Assembly: GCA_963826525.1 (NCBI GenBank)
Contig: CAWGXH010000003.1
Coordinates: forward strand, 288,001-352,000
Reading direction: 5' to 3'
From: an uncultured Methanomicrobiaceae archaeon
Lineage (GTDB): Archaea; Halobacteriota; Methanomicrobia; Methanomicrobiales; Methanoculleaceae
Length of the DNA: 64,000 nt
The position numbers were made by a program, and so were the translations under genes. Position 1 is the stretch's first letter, and each line of letters opens with the position of its first letter. Under the pieces are notes generated by a model that saw nothing but the letters and a program-made list of their open reading frames with translations, was not told the DNA's origin and made no database searches. Below, in pieces: positions 34,399 to 45,514 of this stretch.

Positions 34399-35107
34399 GT
34401 GAAGGTGAATTTCGGAGGCCTTGTCCCGATCAGCACCGTCGACTGGCGTGGACGCGCCGTCTGCACGGTATTCTTCCGCGGGTGCTCCGCGGACTGCTAC
34501 TACTGCCACAACCGTGCCATCAGGAGCGGCGAAGACCGGCGCGATCTCGATGAGATCGTCGCACTGATCGGCGAGTCCCGTCTCCTCATAAGCGGCGTGG
34601 TCTTCTCCGGCGGCGAGGCGACGATGCAGCCGCAGGCTCTCGTCCGTCTTGCCGAAGAGTGCAGAAATCTCGGGCTCCTCGTCGGACTGCATACGAACGG
34701 CGTCTATCCGGAAACGCTCGCGGAGCCTATCGACCGGCACCTCGTGGATATGGTCGCGCTCGACATCAAGACCACGCTTCGAGCACTACGACGATCTGCT
34801 CGGCCTCGCCTGCACGGAGCAGGTGAAGCAGTCGCTCGCCCTCTGCAAAGAAGCCTATCTGCGAGGCGATCTCGAGTCGTTCGAGGTTGTGGTGACCATG
34901 TTCCGTGGACGGGAGGACGATGTCCGGTATATCGCCCCGCTCGTGGAGGAGGTGCCCCTGGTACTCCAGCAGGGAGTCTTCGCCGCCGCATCTCCACTGA
35001 CCCGGAGCGATCTCGAGACGCTCGCCGCCCCACTCCGCCGGCAGGTGAGGATCCGCACCCGCGAGGAGGGGGAGGTCACGTTCGGGGCGGGCTCCCGGGA
35101 CGAGTGA
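34399..35107 (+). CDS. Anaerobic RNR-activating-type radical SAM protein; frameshift near 34778
   Basis: STVDW, FFRGCSADCYYCHN, SGGEAT, HTNG, LDIK. Confidence 0.85.
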
Positions 35108-35330
35108 GCGTGTCCGTGCGGATTCACGATCGGTCGTTAAGCATAATATACTCAGGAACGCACCTTACTGAACGGAACCATTCGTCGCGTGCTCCGCCTG
35201 CGGGCAGCGACTACTCTCTGCACGAGCCGGAAAAAAGCATCCGGTCGATACGGTATACCGGTGTGCAGGATTTCCCGAAAACCCGGGAGAACGGAAGTTT
35301 TTTGAATGGAGTAGAGGGAGATTTGCGTTG

Positions 35331-35879
35331 ATGAGGGTCATAGGTGTTGTAGGACTGCCGGGGAGCGGTAAAGGGGAAGTATCCCGGATTGCCCGGGAGA
35401 ATGGTATCCCCGTCGTGGTGATGGGCGACGCCATACGGAGGCGCGTGACGGAGGCGGGAATGCCCACGACCGACAAAAACCTCGGCGAGATGTCGCGGCG
35501 TCTCCGCGAAGAGATCGGGATGGACGCCATCGCCAGGCTCAGCATACCGGTGATCGAGAGCCGGTCGTCCCCCGTCGTGCTGGTGGACGGGATCAGGGGA
35601 GACTACGAGGTGGAGACGTTCCGGCGGCAATTCCCGGACTTTCTGCTGATCGGCATTCGCGCATCCTTCGCAACCCGCCTCGCCCGCCTCGTACAGAGGG
35701 GGCGTTCCGACGATACATCCGCTGCTGCAGATCTGCAGTGCCGGGACGAGCGCGAACTCGGCTGGGGGCTCGGCCGGGCGCTCGAGCAGGCCGACACCGT
35801 GATCGAGAACGACGGAACGGTGGGCGACCTCGCCATACAGGTGCGCGAACTCCTTCGGCAGGCAGGGAGTCTGCCATGA
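35331..35879 (+). CDS. UPF0200 / archaeal dephospho-CoA kinase-like P-loop kinase
   Basis: GLPGSGKG, MGDAIR, DGIR, RGRSDD, RDEREL. Confidence 0.85.
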   Translation: MRVIGVVGLPGSGKGEVSRIARENGIPVVVMGDAIRRRVTEAGMPTTDKNLGEMSRRLREEIGMDAIARLSIPVIESRSSPVVLVDGIRGDYEVETFRRQFPDFLLIGIRASFATRLARLVQRGRSDDTSAAADLQCRDERELGWGLGRALEQADTVIENDGTVGDLAIQVRELLRQAGSLP

Positions 35880-36650
35880 CCTTAAAGCCCTACTTCTCCT
35901 CGTCGTCGAAGGTCTGGGAGCCCCGGAACTGGATCTACGGGATCGAAGAGGCAGGGTATGCCGGGTGGGAGATCGTCGCGGACGGCAGGTACCGGTTCGA
36001 TAATCCCGGGACGTTCCGGGAGATCCGGGAGGAACTTTCGAGCACCGGCCTTGCCGCATCGGTGCATGCACCCTACAGCGACCTGAATCTCGCCTCGGTG
36101 AACTATCCCATCTGGCGGGAGTCGGTCGGACAGATCTGCACCTGCATCGAGTATGCGGCGGAACTGACCGACCGGGTGATGCGTCCATCCCGGTTTCGCC
36201 TCGCCCGTCGGGAAACTGGTGCCCGAGAAGATGTGGGAGATGCAGAAGAACGCGCTCGTCGAGATTGGACGCTTTGCCGCCGACCGGGGCGTCCTTGCAT
36301 GCCTTGAGAATATGATCAGCATCCGGGAGTTCCTCTGCCGGTATCCGGAGGAGATCCTCGGCATGACCGAAGACATCGAGGGCGTCGGCGTTACGTTCGA
36401 CGTGGGGCACGCGAACACGAACGGTGCCGTCGGATCGTTCCTCCCGTACCTGAACCGGATAAACCACGTCCACGTCCACGACAACCACGGAAAGCAGGAC
36501 GAGCACCTGCCGCTCGGGGACGGGACGGTCGACTGGGAGAGCGTCGGGCGAGCCGTCGCCGCCGAATACTCCGGGATAGTCGTCGTTGAGGGGCGGACGC
36601 TCGACGAAGCGAAACGGAGTCTTGCAGCTTTCGGGAAGTGGTTCGTATAG
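35876..36650 (+). CDS. Sugar phosphate isomerase/epimerase (AP endonuclease 2 fold); frameshift near 36181
   Basis: HAPYSDLN, LEN, DVGHA, HVHDNHG..DEH. Confidence 0.85.
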
Positions 36651-37594
36651 CCGGCGAGACGCTCCACGTCCACTTCCTCGGCACCGCCGGGGCGCTCCCC
36701 GCTCCGCAGAGGAACCCCTCCTGCATCATGATCCGGCGGGGCTCGGACGCAATCCTCTTCGACTGCGGCGAGGGTGCGCAGCAGCAGATGATGCGTGCAC
36801 GGACGGGTTTTGGCGTCGACGCGATCTTCGTCACCCACTGGCACGCCGATCACTTCCTCGGCATCTTCGGCCTCGTGGAGTCGCTCTCCTTCATGGGGAG
36901 GACGGACGAACCCCTCCACATCTACGGCCCTGACTGGGTGCACGAGTTCATCAGTGTCCTCCGAACGGTCGCCCGGCATAACGTTCGGTTCCCCGTCCAC
37001 GGGCATACCCTCGGGCACGGGGACGTCGTACCGTTTCCGGGGTTCACGGTCAGGGCGTTTGCCACGCGCCACGGCATCACGAGTCTCGGCTACGTCCTCG
37101 AAGAGGATGAGCGCCCCGGGAAATTCGACAGAGAGCGGGCGATCGCGCTCGGCGTCCCGCCGGGCCCGCTCTTCGGAAGGCTGCAGCGCGGCGAGACCGT
37201 CAGGATAGTGCGGGACGGCAGTGATGTCGAGATCCGGCCCTCCGATGTCATGGGCGAGCTGCGGCCCGGGCGGAAGGTCGTCTATACCGGGGATACCCGG
37301 CCGATGCAGCAGGAGAGCGGGGTAGCGGGGATGATGCAGGATGCGGATCTCCTGATCCACGATGCGACCTTCGACGATGAGGATGCCGCGAGAGCGGCCG
37401 AGGTTCTCCACTCCACGGCGGGGGAGGCCGGGGAGGCGGCGGAAGCGCTCAATGCCCGGATGCTGGCTCTCGTTCACGTAAGTTCCCGCTATACGAGCAC
37501 GGCAAACCATATACGCGATGCAAAGAAACGATATACGGGAGAAATCATCGCACCGGCCGATCTCTCGGTGCTTGAAATAACCTACAGGAGCTGA
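36638..37594 (+). CDS. rnz: Ribonuclease Z
   Basis: FLGT, DCGEG, THWHADH, GVPPGP, GDT, HDAT, HST. Confidence 0.95.
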   Translation: MVRIAGETLHVHFLGTAGALPAPQRNPSCIMIRRGSDAILFDCGEGAQQQMMRARTGFGVDAIFVTHWHADHFLGIFGLVESLSFMGRTDEPLHIYGPDWVHEFISVLRTVARHNVRFPVHGHTLGHGDVVPFPGFTVRAFATRHGITSLGYVLEEDERPGKFDRERAIALGVPPGPLFGRLQRGETVRIVRDGSDVEIRPSDVMGELRPGRKVVYTGDTRPMQQESGVAGMMQDADLLIHDATFDDEDAARAAEVLHSTAGEAGEAAEALNARMLALVHVSSRYTSTANHIRDAKKRYTGEIIAPADLSVLEITYRS

Positions 37595-37607
37595 GTGACG
37601 GTGGACG

Positions 37608-38814
37608 GTGATACCGATGGTGCAGGGCATAGCGAGCCGGTACCGCCTCATTCTGACCGGTCTTCTTGCCCTGCTCGTCACCACTGCAGCGGGTAGCATC
37701 GCCGGGATCTATCTCGGATCGGCAGCCGACGTGCTCGCACTGATACCCGGCCTGATGGTTCTCCTGCCGGCCTCGATCGACATGCGGGGGAACATCTCCG
37801 GCGTCTTTGCATCCAGGCTCTCGAGCCTCGATGCACCTCGGCGAGTTCGAGGTGGCCTTCGATGAGGGCTCCGTCCTCGGCGACAACCTTCGTGCTTCCC
37901 TGATAATCTCCGTCCTGACGGCATTCTTCCTCGGCATCGTTGCGAACGCCGTCGGCATCGCCTTCGGTATCGAGGTCCTCGGCGTACTCGATCTCGTCCT
38001 GATCTCGCTTCTCTCCGGGGTGCTCTCGAGCATCGTCATCCTCCTGTTCACCATTCTCCTCTCGATCGCAAGTTACCGCTACGGGCTCGACCTCGATATG
38101 GTCGGTGCACCGGCCGTGACGACCGCCGGGGATATCGTCACCATTCCGGTACTCATCGCGTCCGCCGTTCTGGTTATGGTACTTCCGCCGGAGGTCAGAA
38201 CCGTGCTTGCTCTCGCTGCAGTCGTGACCGTCGCCGCCGCCCTCGTCTACACCCGGGCCGCGAGCGCGTCCGTGAGAAGGCTCGTCACCGAGCGGACACT
38301 CCTTCTTCTCCCGCTCTCGCTTCTCGGGATTCTGGCGGGAGCGACCTACGAGGCCGGGCTTGACGAGCTCGTCGCCTTCGCTGCATTTCTGATCCTCATA
38401 CCGCCGTACATGGGAGGGCTCGGTTCCATTGGCGGCATCCTCGCATCCCGCCTCGCAACCGAGATGCATATGGGAACGATATCGCCTGCGCTTCTCCCCG
38501 GGCGCGAAGCGGCGCATCACTTTATTATCACCTACTTCTATACGTTGATACTGCTTCCTCTAATAGCGGTAATCGCCCATGCGGCCGCGGTTCTGCTGGG
38601 GCTCGCAAGCCCCGGCCTCGGGGTGATGGTGGCGATCAGTCTGCTCGCAGGGCTCCTGATCGTAACGCTGGTGAATGCCGTGGCCTACGTCACTGCCAGC
38701 GTCTCGTTCCGTTACGGGCTCGATCCGGATAATTTCGGTATCCCGGTGATCACGAGCATCATCGACCTGATCGGCGCGACCGCGCTTATTGCCGTGATAA
38801 ATATCGTGCTATAG
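37608..38814 (+). CDS. MgtE-type membrane transporter (duplicated MgtE domain); frameshift near 37828
   Basis: RGNISG..ASRLS, GLDLD, GLDPDN..IPVITS..D. Confidence 0.82.
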
Positions 38815-38824
38815 TGAAAGATAT

Positions 38825-40048
38825 ATGAAAAGAACGCTAATGAGACCTATGATGGAACGTGACTATCAGCCGGTCAGCTTCAAGGATGTCCTGATAGAGA
38901 TGAAGGATATCTCCGAGCTGATGGTTGACCTCTCATATTCCGCCATACTCTTCGACAGTAAAGAGATTGCACTTGAAGTGATCAATCTCGAAGAGAGCAT
39001 GAATAAACTGGTCTACCAGGCCAGAATTCAGAGCGTGCTCGGAGCAAGACGGCTCGAAGAGGCGGAAGCGATGAGCGGGATGCTCCAGGTGGCCGAGGCC
39101 GCAGAGAAGATCGCAAACTCCGCCTCGGACGTCGCCAAGCTCATCTTAAAGGAGGTCCGGTTTCCGGCGGAACTCAAGAGGGTTCTTCCCGAGGCCGAAG
39201 AGGTCGTGGCACGCGTTGTGGTCGACGCCGGAAGCGACCTTGACGGACGGACGCTCGGCGGCCTGAAGCTGCAGAGCACGAGCGGTATGCAGGTGATCGC
39301 CATCCGCCGGGGCAGGGGATGGATCTATGATCCGGGCAGGGAGACCGGGATCGCGGCCGGAGACATTCTGCTCGCGAAGGGTCCTGAAGGGGGCGCCGAA
39401 CTCCTCTCCCGGATGGCGGGCGCCGGGGAGTATCCCCGCCGGGAACCGCGGACCACCGGCATCCCCGATGACCTCGACCGGGTCGTCAAGCTCATCATCG
39501 AGATGAAGAACATCAGCGAGCTCACCGTCGGGCTTGCCTACACGTCCCTGCTCTTCAACAACAAGGAGGTCGCTCACGAGGTGGTCGTCCTCGATGCGGC
39601 GATGGACGACATGCGCTACGACCTCGATCTCTGGATCCTCGAAGCGGCGAAGAAGATCGACGACGTGAAGGAGCTTCGGGGACTGCTCTATATGTCGTCG
39701 TTCGCCGAGGCGATCAGCAATGCGGCCCGTGCCGTCGTCGATGTCCTCCTTCGCGACATCGAGATCCCGCCGGTCTTCAAGAAGATCGTCCGCGAGTCGG
39801 ACGAGATCATCACCCGGGTACCGGTGGGCGCATCCTCTCCCCTCGTGGGACGAACGCTCAAAGAGGCCACCCTCGGGACGGTCACGGGGATGGTGGTGCT
39901 CGCGATAAAGAGCCGTGACCGGTGGATATACCGGCCCGGAAAGAACGTCTGCCTCCGGAGCGGTGATATTATCATTGCGAAAGGCAGAAGAGATGGTGAA
40001 TGCAGGCTCTACGAGCTTGCCGGGTTCACGCGTGAAGAATCAGAATAA
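38825..40048 (+). CDS. Tandem PhoU/TrkA-C domain protein
   Basis: Two EMKxISEL..LxY units, each followed by an RCK_C domain (IAIRRG..WIY.P). Confidence 0.82.
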   Translation: MKRTLMRPMMERDYQPVSFKDVLIEMKDISELMVDLSYSAILFDSKEIALEVINLEESMNKLVYQARIQSVLGARRLEEAEAMSGMLQVAEAAEKIANSASDVAKLILKEVRFPAELKRVLPEAEEVVARVVVDAGSDLDGRTLGGLKLQSTSGMQVIAIRRGRGWIYDPGRETGIAAGDILLAKGPEGGAELLSRMAGAGEYPRREPRTTGIPDDLDRVVKLIIEMKNISELTVGLAYTSLLFNNKEVAHEVVVLDAAMDDMRYDLDLWILEAAKKIDDVKELRGLLYMSSFAEAISNAARAVVDVLLRDIEIPPVFKKIVRESDEIITRVPVGASSPLVGRTLKEATLGTVTGMVVLAIKSRDRWIYRPGKNVCLRSGDIIIAKGRRDGECRLYELAGFTREESE

Positions 40049-40062
40049 TTGGGAGAATCACA

Positions 40063-41898
40063 ATGGCAGATACGACAGATACGATCGTTTACCGGCTCAG
40101 CGCGAACTGTGACCTCGACGAGGTCGAGGAAGGAAAGATGTACCTCGGGCGGGTCCAGGGCTTTGCTACTTTCGGTGTCTTTGTTCAGTTAAACGACCGG
40201 ATAAAAGGACTTGTTCATAAAAGCAATATTAAATCGGAGCATAGTGAGCGCGATCCGATCATCGTCGAGGTGCTGCAGATCAGGAAGAACGGCAATATCG
40301 ACCTTGAAGAAGTGACGCCGCAGGTCTACCAGACCGAGACCGTGACGAAGGCGATGCCGACGATCCGCCTCTCCGACCTCGGGCGTAAGATCGGCAGGAC
40401 GGTGATGATCGAGGCCGAGGTGGCGCAGATCAAGCAGACCTCAGGGCCGACCATCTTCACGCTCGTGGACGAGTCCGCCACCGAGAACGCCGCTGCGTTC
40501 ATCGAGGCGGGAGTCCGGGCATACCCCGAAGCGCAGCTCGGCGACATCGTCGGCGTCGTCGGCGAGGTGATGCAGCGGAATAATCAGCTCCAGATCGAGG
40601 TATCCTCGCTCTCCGTCCTCGAACCCGAGGATGCAGACCGGGTGCGAGCCCGGATCGATAAGGCGCTCGACGAGCGGGCGGAGCCTGAAGATATGCCGTT
40701 CCTGATCGAGAGCGACGTCTTCGAGCGGCTGAAACCGGCGATGCGGAACGTGGCGAAGCAGATTCGAAAGGCGGTCTTTACCGCGCAGCCGATCGTTCTC
40801 CGGCACCACGCCGATGCAGACGGGATCTGCGCCGCCGTTGCGGTCGAGACTGCCGTCACCGCCCTTCTCCGGGAGAGCGGCGGGGACTTCGACGCCGAGT
40901 ACTTCCTCTTCAAGAGGGCTCCGTCGAAGGCTCCGTTCTACGAGATAGAGGATATTACCCGGGACCTTGATTTTGCCCTGAAGGACAACATCCGGTACGG
41001 TCAGAAGATACCGATGATCCTCCTGATGGACAACGGATCGACGGAAGAGGATGTGCCGGCGATGAAGGTTACCCAGATCTACGGGTTCCCGGTCGTCGTC
41101 GTCGACCACCACCACCCGGACGAGATCGTGGATCAGTACCTGGTCGGTCACGTCAACCCCTACCACGTCGGCGGCGACTTCGGGATCACCGCAGGCATGC
41201 TCGGCACCGAGATCGCCCGCATGATCAATCCGGCGGTGGAGGAGCAGATCAAGCACCTGCCGGCGATCGCCGCTGTCGGCGACCGGAGCGAGGCTCCGGA
41301 GCGGGCACGCTACCTGGATCTCGCCTCGCCCGCCTACTCCGAGCAGCACTGCAAGGATATCGCGCTTGCTCTCGATTATGAGCAGTTCTGGCTCAGGTTT
41401 AACGACGGACGTGAGATCGTCAAGGATATCGTCAATTTGAGCGGCAACACCGAGCGGCATATGAAGTTCGTCGACCTGCTCACGACCGAGGCGAACTCTG
41501 CTATCGAAGAGCAGATGGAAGCGATCATGCCGCATGTGGTCTCGCGGGTTCTGCCGAATGGAGCGAACCTCTTCATGCTGGACGTCGAGATGTACGCTCA
41601 TCGGTTCACATTCCCGCCGCCCGGTAAGACCTCGGGCGAGGTTCACGACCGCCTGGTCCGGCAGCATCCCGGCGAGCCGGTGGTGACGCTCGGGTTTGGG
41701 CCCGACTTCGCCGTGCTGCGCTCGAAGGGCGTCATGATGAACATCCCCCGGATGGTCCGGGAACTGCGGCAGGAGATCATCGGCGGCGGCGTCAACGGCG
41801 GCGGACATCTGGTGGTCGGGAGCATCAAGTTCGTCGAAGGGATGCGGGATGCCGTGCTCGAAGACCTGATCGAGAAGATCGGCCAGGCACCTATCTGA
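40063..41898 (+). CDS. RecJ-like DHH phosphoesterase with S1 and OB folds
   Basis: FGVFV S1, QTSGPTIF OB, HHADADG, DNG, DHH, GGGH. Confidence 0.9.
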   Translation: MADTTDTIVYRLSANCDLDEVEEGKMYLGRVQGFATFGVFVQLNDRIKGLVHKSNIKSEHSERDPIIVEVLQIRKNGNIDLEEVTPQVYQTETVTKAMPTIRLSDLGRKIGRTVMIEAEVAQIKQTSGPTIFTLVDESATENAAAFIEAGVRAYPEAQLGDIVGVVGEVMQRNNQLQIEVSSLSVLEPEDADRVRARIDKALDERAEPEDMPFLIESDVFERLKPAMRNVAKQIRKAVFTAQPIVLRHHADADGICAAVAVETAVTALLRESGGDFDAEYFLFKRAPSKAPFYEIEDITRDLDFALKDNIRYGQKIPMILLMDNGSTEEDVPAMKVTQIYGFPVVVVDHHHPDEIVDQYLVGHVNPYHVGGDFGITAGMLGTEIARMINPAVEEQIKHLPAIAAVGDRSEAPERARYLDLASPAYSEQHCKDIALALDYEQFWLRFNDGREIVKDIVNLSGNTERHMKFVDLLTTEANSAIEEQMEAIMPHVVSRVLPNGANLFMLDVEMYAHRFTFPPPGKTSGEVHDRLVRQHPGEPVVTLGFGPDFAVLRSKGVMMNIPRMVRELRQEIIGGGVNGGGHLVVGSIKFVEGMRDAVLEDLIEKIGQAPI

Positions 41899-41945
41899 CC
41901 CGCGTCCCCGGGAAATCTCCCGTTACACTTCTCTCCGGTACGATC

Positions 41946-41972
41946 CGAAGCGGGCCCCTTGCGGCCGCTTCG
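41946..41972 (+). terminator. Hairpin followed by T-rich sequence after the DHH gene
   Basis: CGAAGCGG...CCGCTTCG, 8-bp stem. Confidence 0.35.
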
Positions 41973-42162
41973 TGTTTCCGCTCTCTTTTCGGGCTCTCCG
42001 GGGCTTTTTCAAGAGCCTCGTACAAAGAAGTCTCTGCTATTCCAACCTCACGGGATAGCCCATCGCCACCTCGTCTCTGGGGAAAACTTCCGGCCGACGC
42101 CTCCCCTGCATTGTATTTCGACCGAAATATAAATATGCAATTATCGTTCAGAGGGTCTCCTT

Positions 42163-43057
42163 ATGTCAGTCAACAGACGAGCGCTTACAGGCCTCCTGAT
42201 GGCCCTGCTGGTGGTGGGATGCATCATCGCCACACCGGCAGCGGCCGGGGTCGTGAGCCCGACAGAGGCACCGACCGAGATCCCGCTCGGTGAAATAACC
42301 GTGAATGAAACGGTGGCGACCGAAACTCCTTCTGCCACGGAGACCTCGATCAGCGGACAGGCCGTGACGGAGACGGAGACCGTTACCGAGACCGTGACTG
42401 AAACCGTTACCGAGACGGTAACCGAAACGCCTACCGAGACGGAGACCGTTACCGAGAGCGTTACCGAGGAGCCCATAGCCGCAGAGGCAGCTGAACCTGA
42501 GCAGTACAGTGATCCAGGTCGAGCCGGGAGAGACGATCACGGTAGGCAGCGATCCGCAGTCTTTCGACCTCACCGGGCTTCGGAACACGACGGGCGGTGA
42601 AGACCTGCCCATCACCGAGCTGCGTGCGTACGACAACGATAATCCCGAGACAGGCACCCTTGTAAATACCGTCGACGTCGGTTCCGACGACTCGGACGTC
42701 GAGCTTTCGGCATCCGACTTCGGCAACACCTTCGGCATGTACTACCCCTACGACGGGCAGAATGTTGTCGACAACCCGATCGATGTCACGGAGGAGAGCG
42801 GTAGTGTCGTAGATAATCAAACGGCCAACGAGACGACGACCACCGAGGTGACGGAAACACCCAACGAGACGGTGACAACCGAGACGACGACCGAGGAAGT
42901 GACGACGGAGATGACGGCACAGCCGACGTTCACGACGATGCAGGAGGAGACGACGCCCTCACCGACAACGACGGCTACTCCGGTCTCGATTCCGATCGTC
43001 CTCGGGGCTCTTGGCATATTCGGCCTTCTGATCGCCGTGAGGAGGAACAAGAGATAA
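42163..43057 (+). CDS. Thr/Glu-rich cell-surface glycoprotein with C-terminal anchor; frameshift near 42508
   Basis: Signal peptide, TETV repeats, NET/NQT sequons, TPVSIPIVLGALGIFGLLIAVRRNKR tail. Confidence 0.78.
42361..42470 (+). repeat. Degenerate 12-bp tandem repeat encoding (TETV)n
   Basis: ACCGAGACCGT(G/T)-like units read directly. Confidence 0.7.
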
Positions 43058-43318
43058 ATCTCCGCTCCATTTTTCCCGCCGGAACGACTATCATTCTTCT
43101 CAGCATACACCGATCTACAGGAGCGTAACCTCCGCTCTCTTCCTTGCGGAGAGGTGTACGCGTCTACATCCCGGTTCTCCCTTCGAGTACGGTAACAACC
43201 TCTCAAAGACAACCGGAATATCAATAATCCGTTAAGCTCCGGTGCAATCGGGGTTAACAAATAGGTAAATATATATACTGTGCTGGATAAAATGGAGCTG
43301 CTCACGAGGGAAGAGTTA

Positions 43319-43570
43319 ATGTCTACAAAGGACCGTATTCGGGAGAAGTACAACGAAACCCAGCGTAAAATCCTGTATCATCTGAAATCCGGTATGAAAA
43401 CGGGGAAGTCGTACTTCAAGTCCAAATATATCGCGAAAGATCTCGGTCTTTCGCCAAAAGAAGTCGGCATCAACCTTGCGATCCTCTCGGAGATCTGTGA
43501 TGAGCTCGATATCACGCGCTGGAGTTACTCAAACAGCACCACGTGGCGGGTGACCTCCCGGGCATCATAA
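43319..43570 (+). CDS. Small winged-helix protein
   Basis: YFKSKYIAKDLGLSPKEVG...WSYSNSTTWRV. Confidence 0.8.
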   Translation: MSTKDRIREKYNETQRKILYHLKSGMKTGKSYFKSKYIAKDLGLSPKEVGINLAILSEICDELDITRWSYSNSTTWRVTSRAS

Positions 43571-43600
43571 TATTAATGGCATAAGTTCCTATTTTTCTCC

Positions 43601-43786
43601 ATGAAAGTTGTCGACTTTGTAGCACCGGTTGAGTTTGTTGCAGACATCAACGAAGAGAAAGACTGCCTCATGTCCCAGGACAAGATAAGCGGCGGCCAGA
43701 ATGATCTCTGGTTCAACATCGACGTCCCGAAAGGCCACGGAGTGAAGGCGGGAGACCGCGTCCGCATCACCATCGAGAAGGTCTGA
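43601..43786 (+). CDS. Small beta-rich hypothetical protein
   Basis: 61 aa, GDRVRITIEK end, typical codon usage. Confidence 0.65.
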   Translation: MKVVDFVAPVEFVADINEEKDCLMSQDKISGGQNDLWFNIDVPKGHGVKAGDRVRITIEKV

Positions 43787-43828
43787 TCCCAAAACCGGGC
43801 AGACCTAAAATCGGCCTGCCTTCCTCGC

Positions 43829-44431
43829 TCATGCTCCGCGATCTGCGCCTGCCGGGAGTGTCTCAAGGCTGATGACATACCGGTCTACGTTCTCGCACCC
43901 GACGATCAGGTAGTAGGTGCCGTCGCTGGTCTGGACGTTCTTTATGATCGTGCCCGGGTAACGAAGACTCGGCTCCTTCGACGATGCCGCCCGTCTCCGC
44001 ATCGATGAGAGCCATCCGGAACAGCGCAGCCTGCGGCCGTATATCGGCAGAGACCGTGCAGTTCATCCGCCATACGGGGGATGGTACCGAGAACACTTCT
44101 GTCACGCCGCCGTCCGATCCCTCGACGTAGGCGAAGGGAACCGTGCGGTTTGTCTTCCAGGGGATATCGGAACCGCCGAACGAACTCAGGTTGGACGGAA
44201 GGTAGTACCGGGGTACTTGCGATAGTCGGCCTCATACGCGATTCTCTGCGGCCCAGGGGCGGTGGTCGCCATGGGCGTTATGCCGGGATTGCCGGGGGTG
44301 GGTGTCGGGCCAGAGATCACTGCAGGTTCGGTCTGGTCTGCCGGGATATCGGATGCCTGGCCGAAGACAACCGCTACGACGGCGACGACCGCCAGTGCCG
44401 CGAGAATACTAAAGAGATCCCACTTATCCAC
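43829..44431 (-). CDS. Membrane-anchored hypothetical protein; two frameshifts
   Basis: N-terminal TM, Pro/Thr linker, globular domain assembled from three frames. Confidence 0.55.
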
Positions 44432-44599
44432 TAAATATGAATAATCCGGGCATTTTGAAATAGGTTTCGCATCGTGAGCGATTAACGCCGTCCGTGCATC
44501 CGAAGCACCGATTGCATAGCCGCGTATCTGTTTCCCGGGAATAAGCGGGCAGAAAAGAATTGTTTATATACGGCCAACTGGATACTGTCCTGATAGACT

Positions 44600-44860
44600 A
44601 TGGATATGCCGGAGGTACGCACATGGGTGATCTTTTACCTTCTCTCATTTGTCGTACTGCTGGTGGCACTCTTCCTCACGACCCAGGAGAGCGGGCAGCT
44701 CTGGATCAGCCTTACGCTCATCATCATCGTCGTCGGGATCAACTTCACGATGCTCTTTTCGGAACTGAAGCGGCAGAAGGAGAGGAGAGAACTCATGAAG
44801 AAACTATCCGGAACTGAAGGCACCCCATCGTGTATCGATGCCACCGGGCGCAGGTGGTGA
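44600..44860 (+). CDS. Small two-TM membrane protein
   Basis: Two hydrophobic segments and a charged tail. Confidence 0.65.
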   Translation: MDMPEVRTWVIFYLLSFVVLLVALFLTTQESGQLWISLTLIIIVVGINFTMLFSELKRQKERRELMKKLSGTEGTPSCIDATGRRW

Positions 44861-45456
44861 GACGTCTGGTCGACGATTCCCTCCTCCCGCCGCATGTCCG
44901 TGAACGGGAGTACTGGAGACAGTACCGGGCAATGCGCACGATGATCGTGCGTCTCACCTCGCAGCACGAACTGGTGCGGCAGATCAGGGGAGAGCCGGCG
45001 ATCCCGGCGCAGGTGCAGGAGACTGCGGTGAAAGCGCTCTCTGCCGATATCGAAGAGACCCGGCATATCTTCGGTGAGGTGCTCGAAACGCTCATCACGA
45101 CCGGCATGCAGACCGCACACGCCCTCGACATCGAGACCGCGGTGACGATACCCCCCGACTCCGATCTCATCGAGGTGCTCGAGTGCCTGCTCTGGGTAGA
45201 CGGCACACCGGAGCGGATTGTACCGGAGATCGGCAGTGCTCTCGTCGCTTTCGGGATACGGCAGGGTCACGGCACTCCTATGCGAGCGCTCCTTGAATTT
45301 TACCAGACCGAAGAGGTCCGGTACGACAGGCTCCTCGAAGGCTCTCTTGAACGCTGTTCTCTGCAGATCATGCAGGAGATCTATCCCGCAAAGCAGTATC
45401 GCATCCGGATGAGACTGCCGGCGGAGGCCCTGATCGGGCGCGGCATCCTCTCGTAG
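44857..45456 (+). CDS. Hypothetical protein
   Basis: About 200 aa; GTGA overlap with the upstream gene; typical codon usage. Confidence 0.65.
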   Translation: MRRLVDDSLLPPHVREREYWRQYRAMRTMIVRLTSQHELVRQIRGEPAIPAQVQETAVKALSADIEETRHIFGEVLETLITTGMQTAHALDIETAVTIPPDSDLIEVLECLLWVDGTPERIVPEIGSALVAFGIRQGHGTPMRALLEFYQTEEVRYDRLLEGSLERCSLQIMQEIYPAKQYRIRMRLPAEALIGRGILS

Positions 45457-45514
45457 ACCGGATCAGGTTCTTCGGAAAGTATCGGGATGCTGGCTGCCAT
45501 GGAAAAGGAGGGGT

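Noticed and set aside
34399-35107. NrdG-like activase without adjacent nrdD
   Set aside because: Unlinked activase and reductase genes are unremarkable, and nrdD may lie outside the window.
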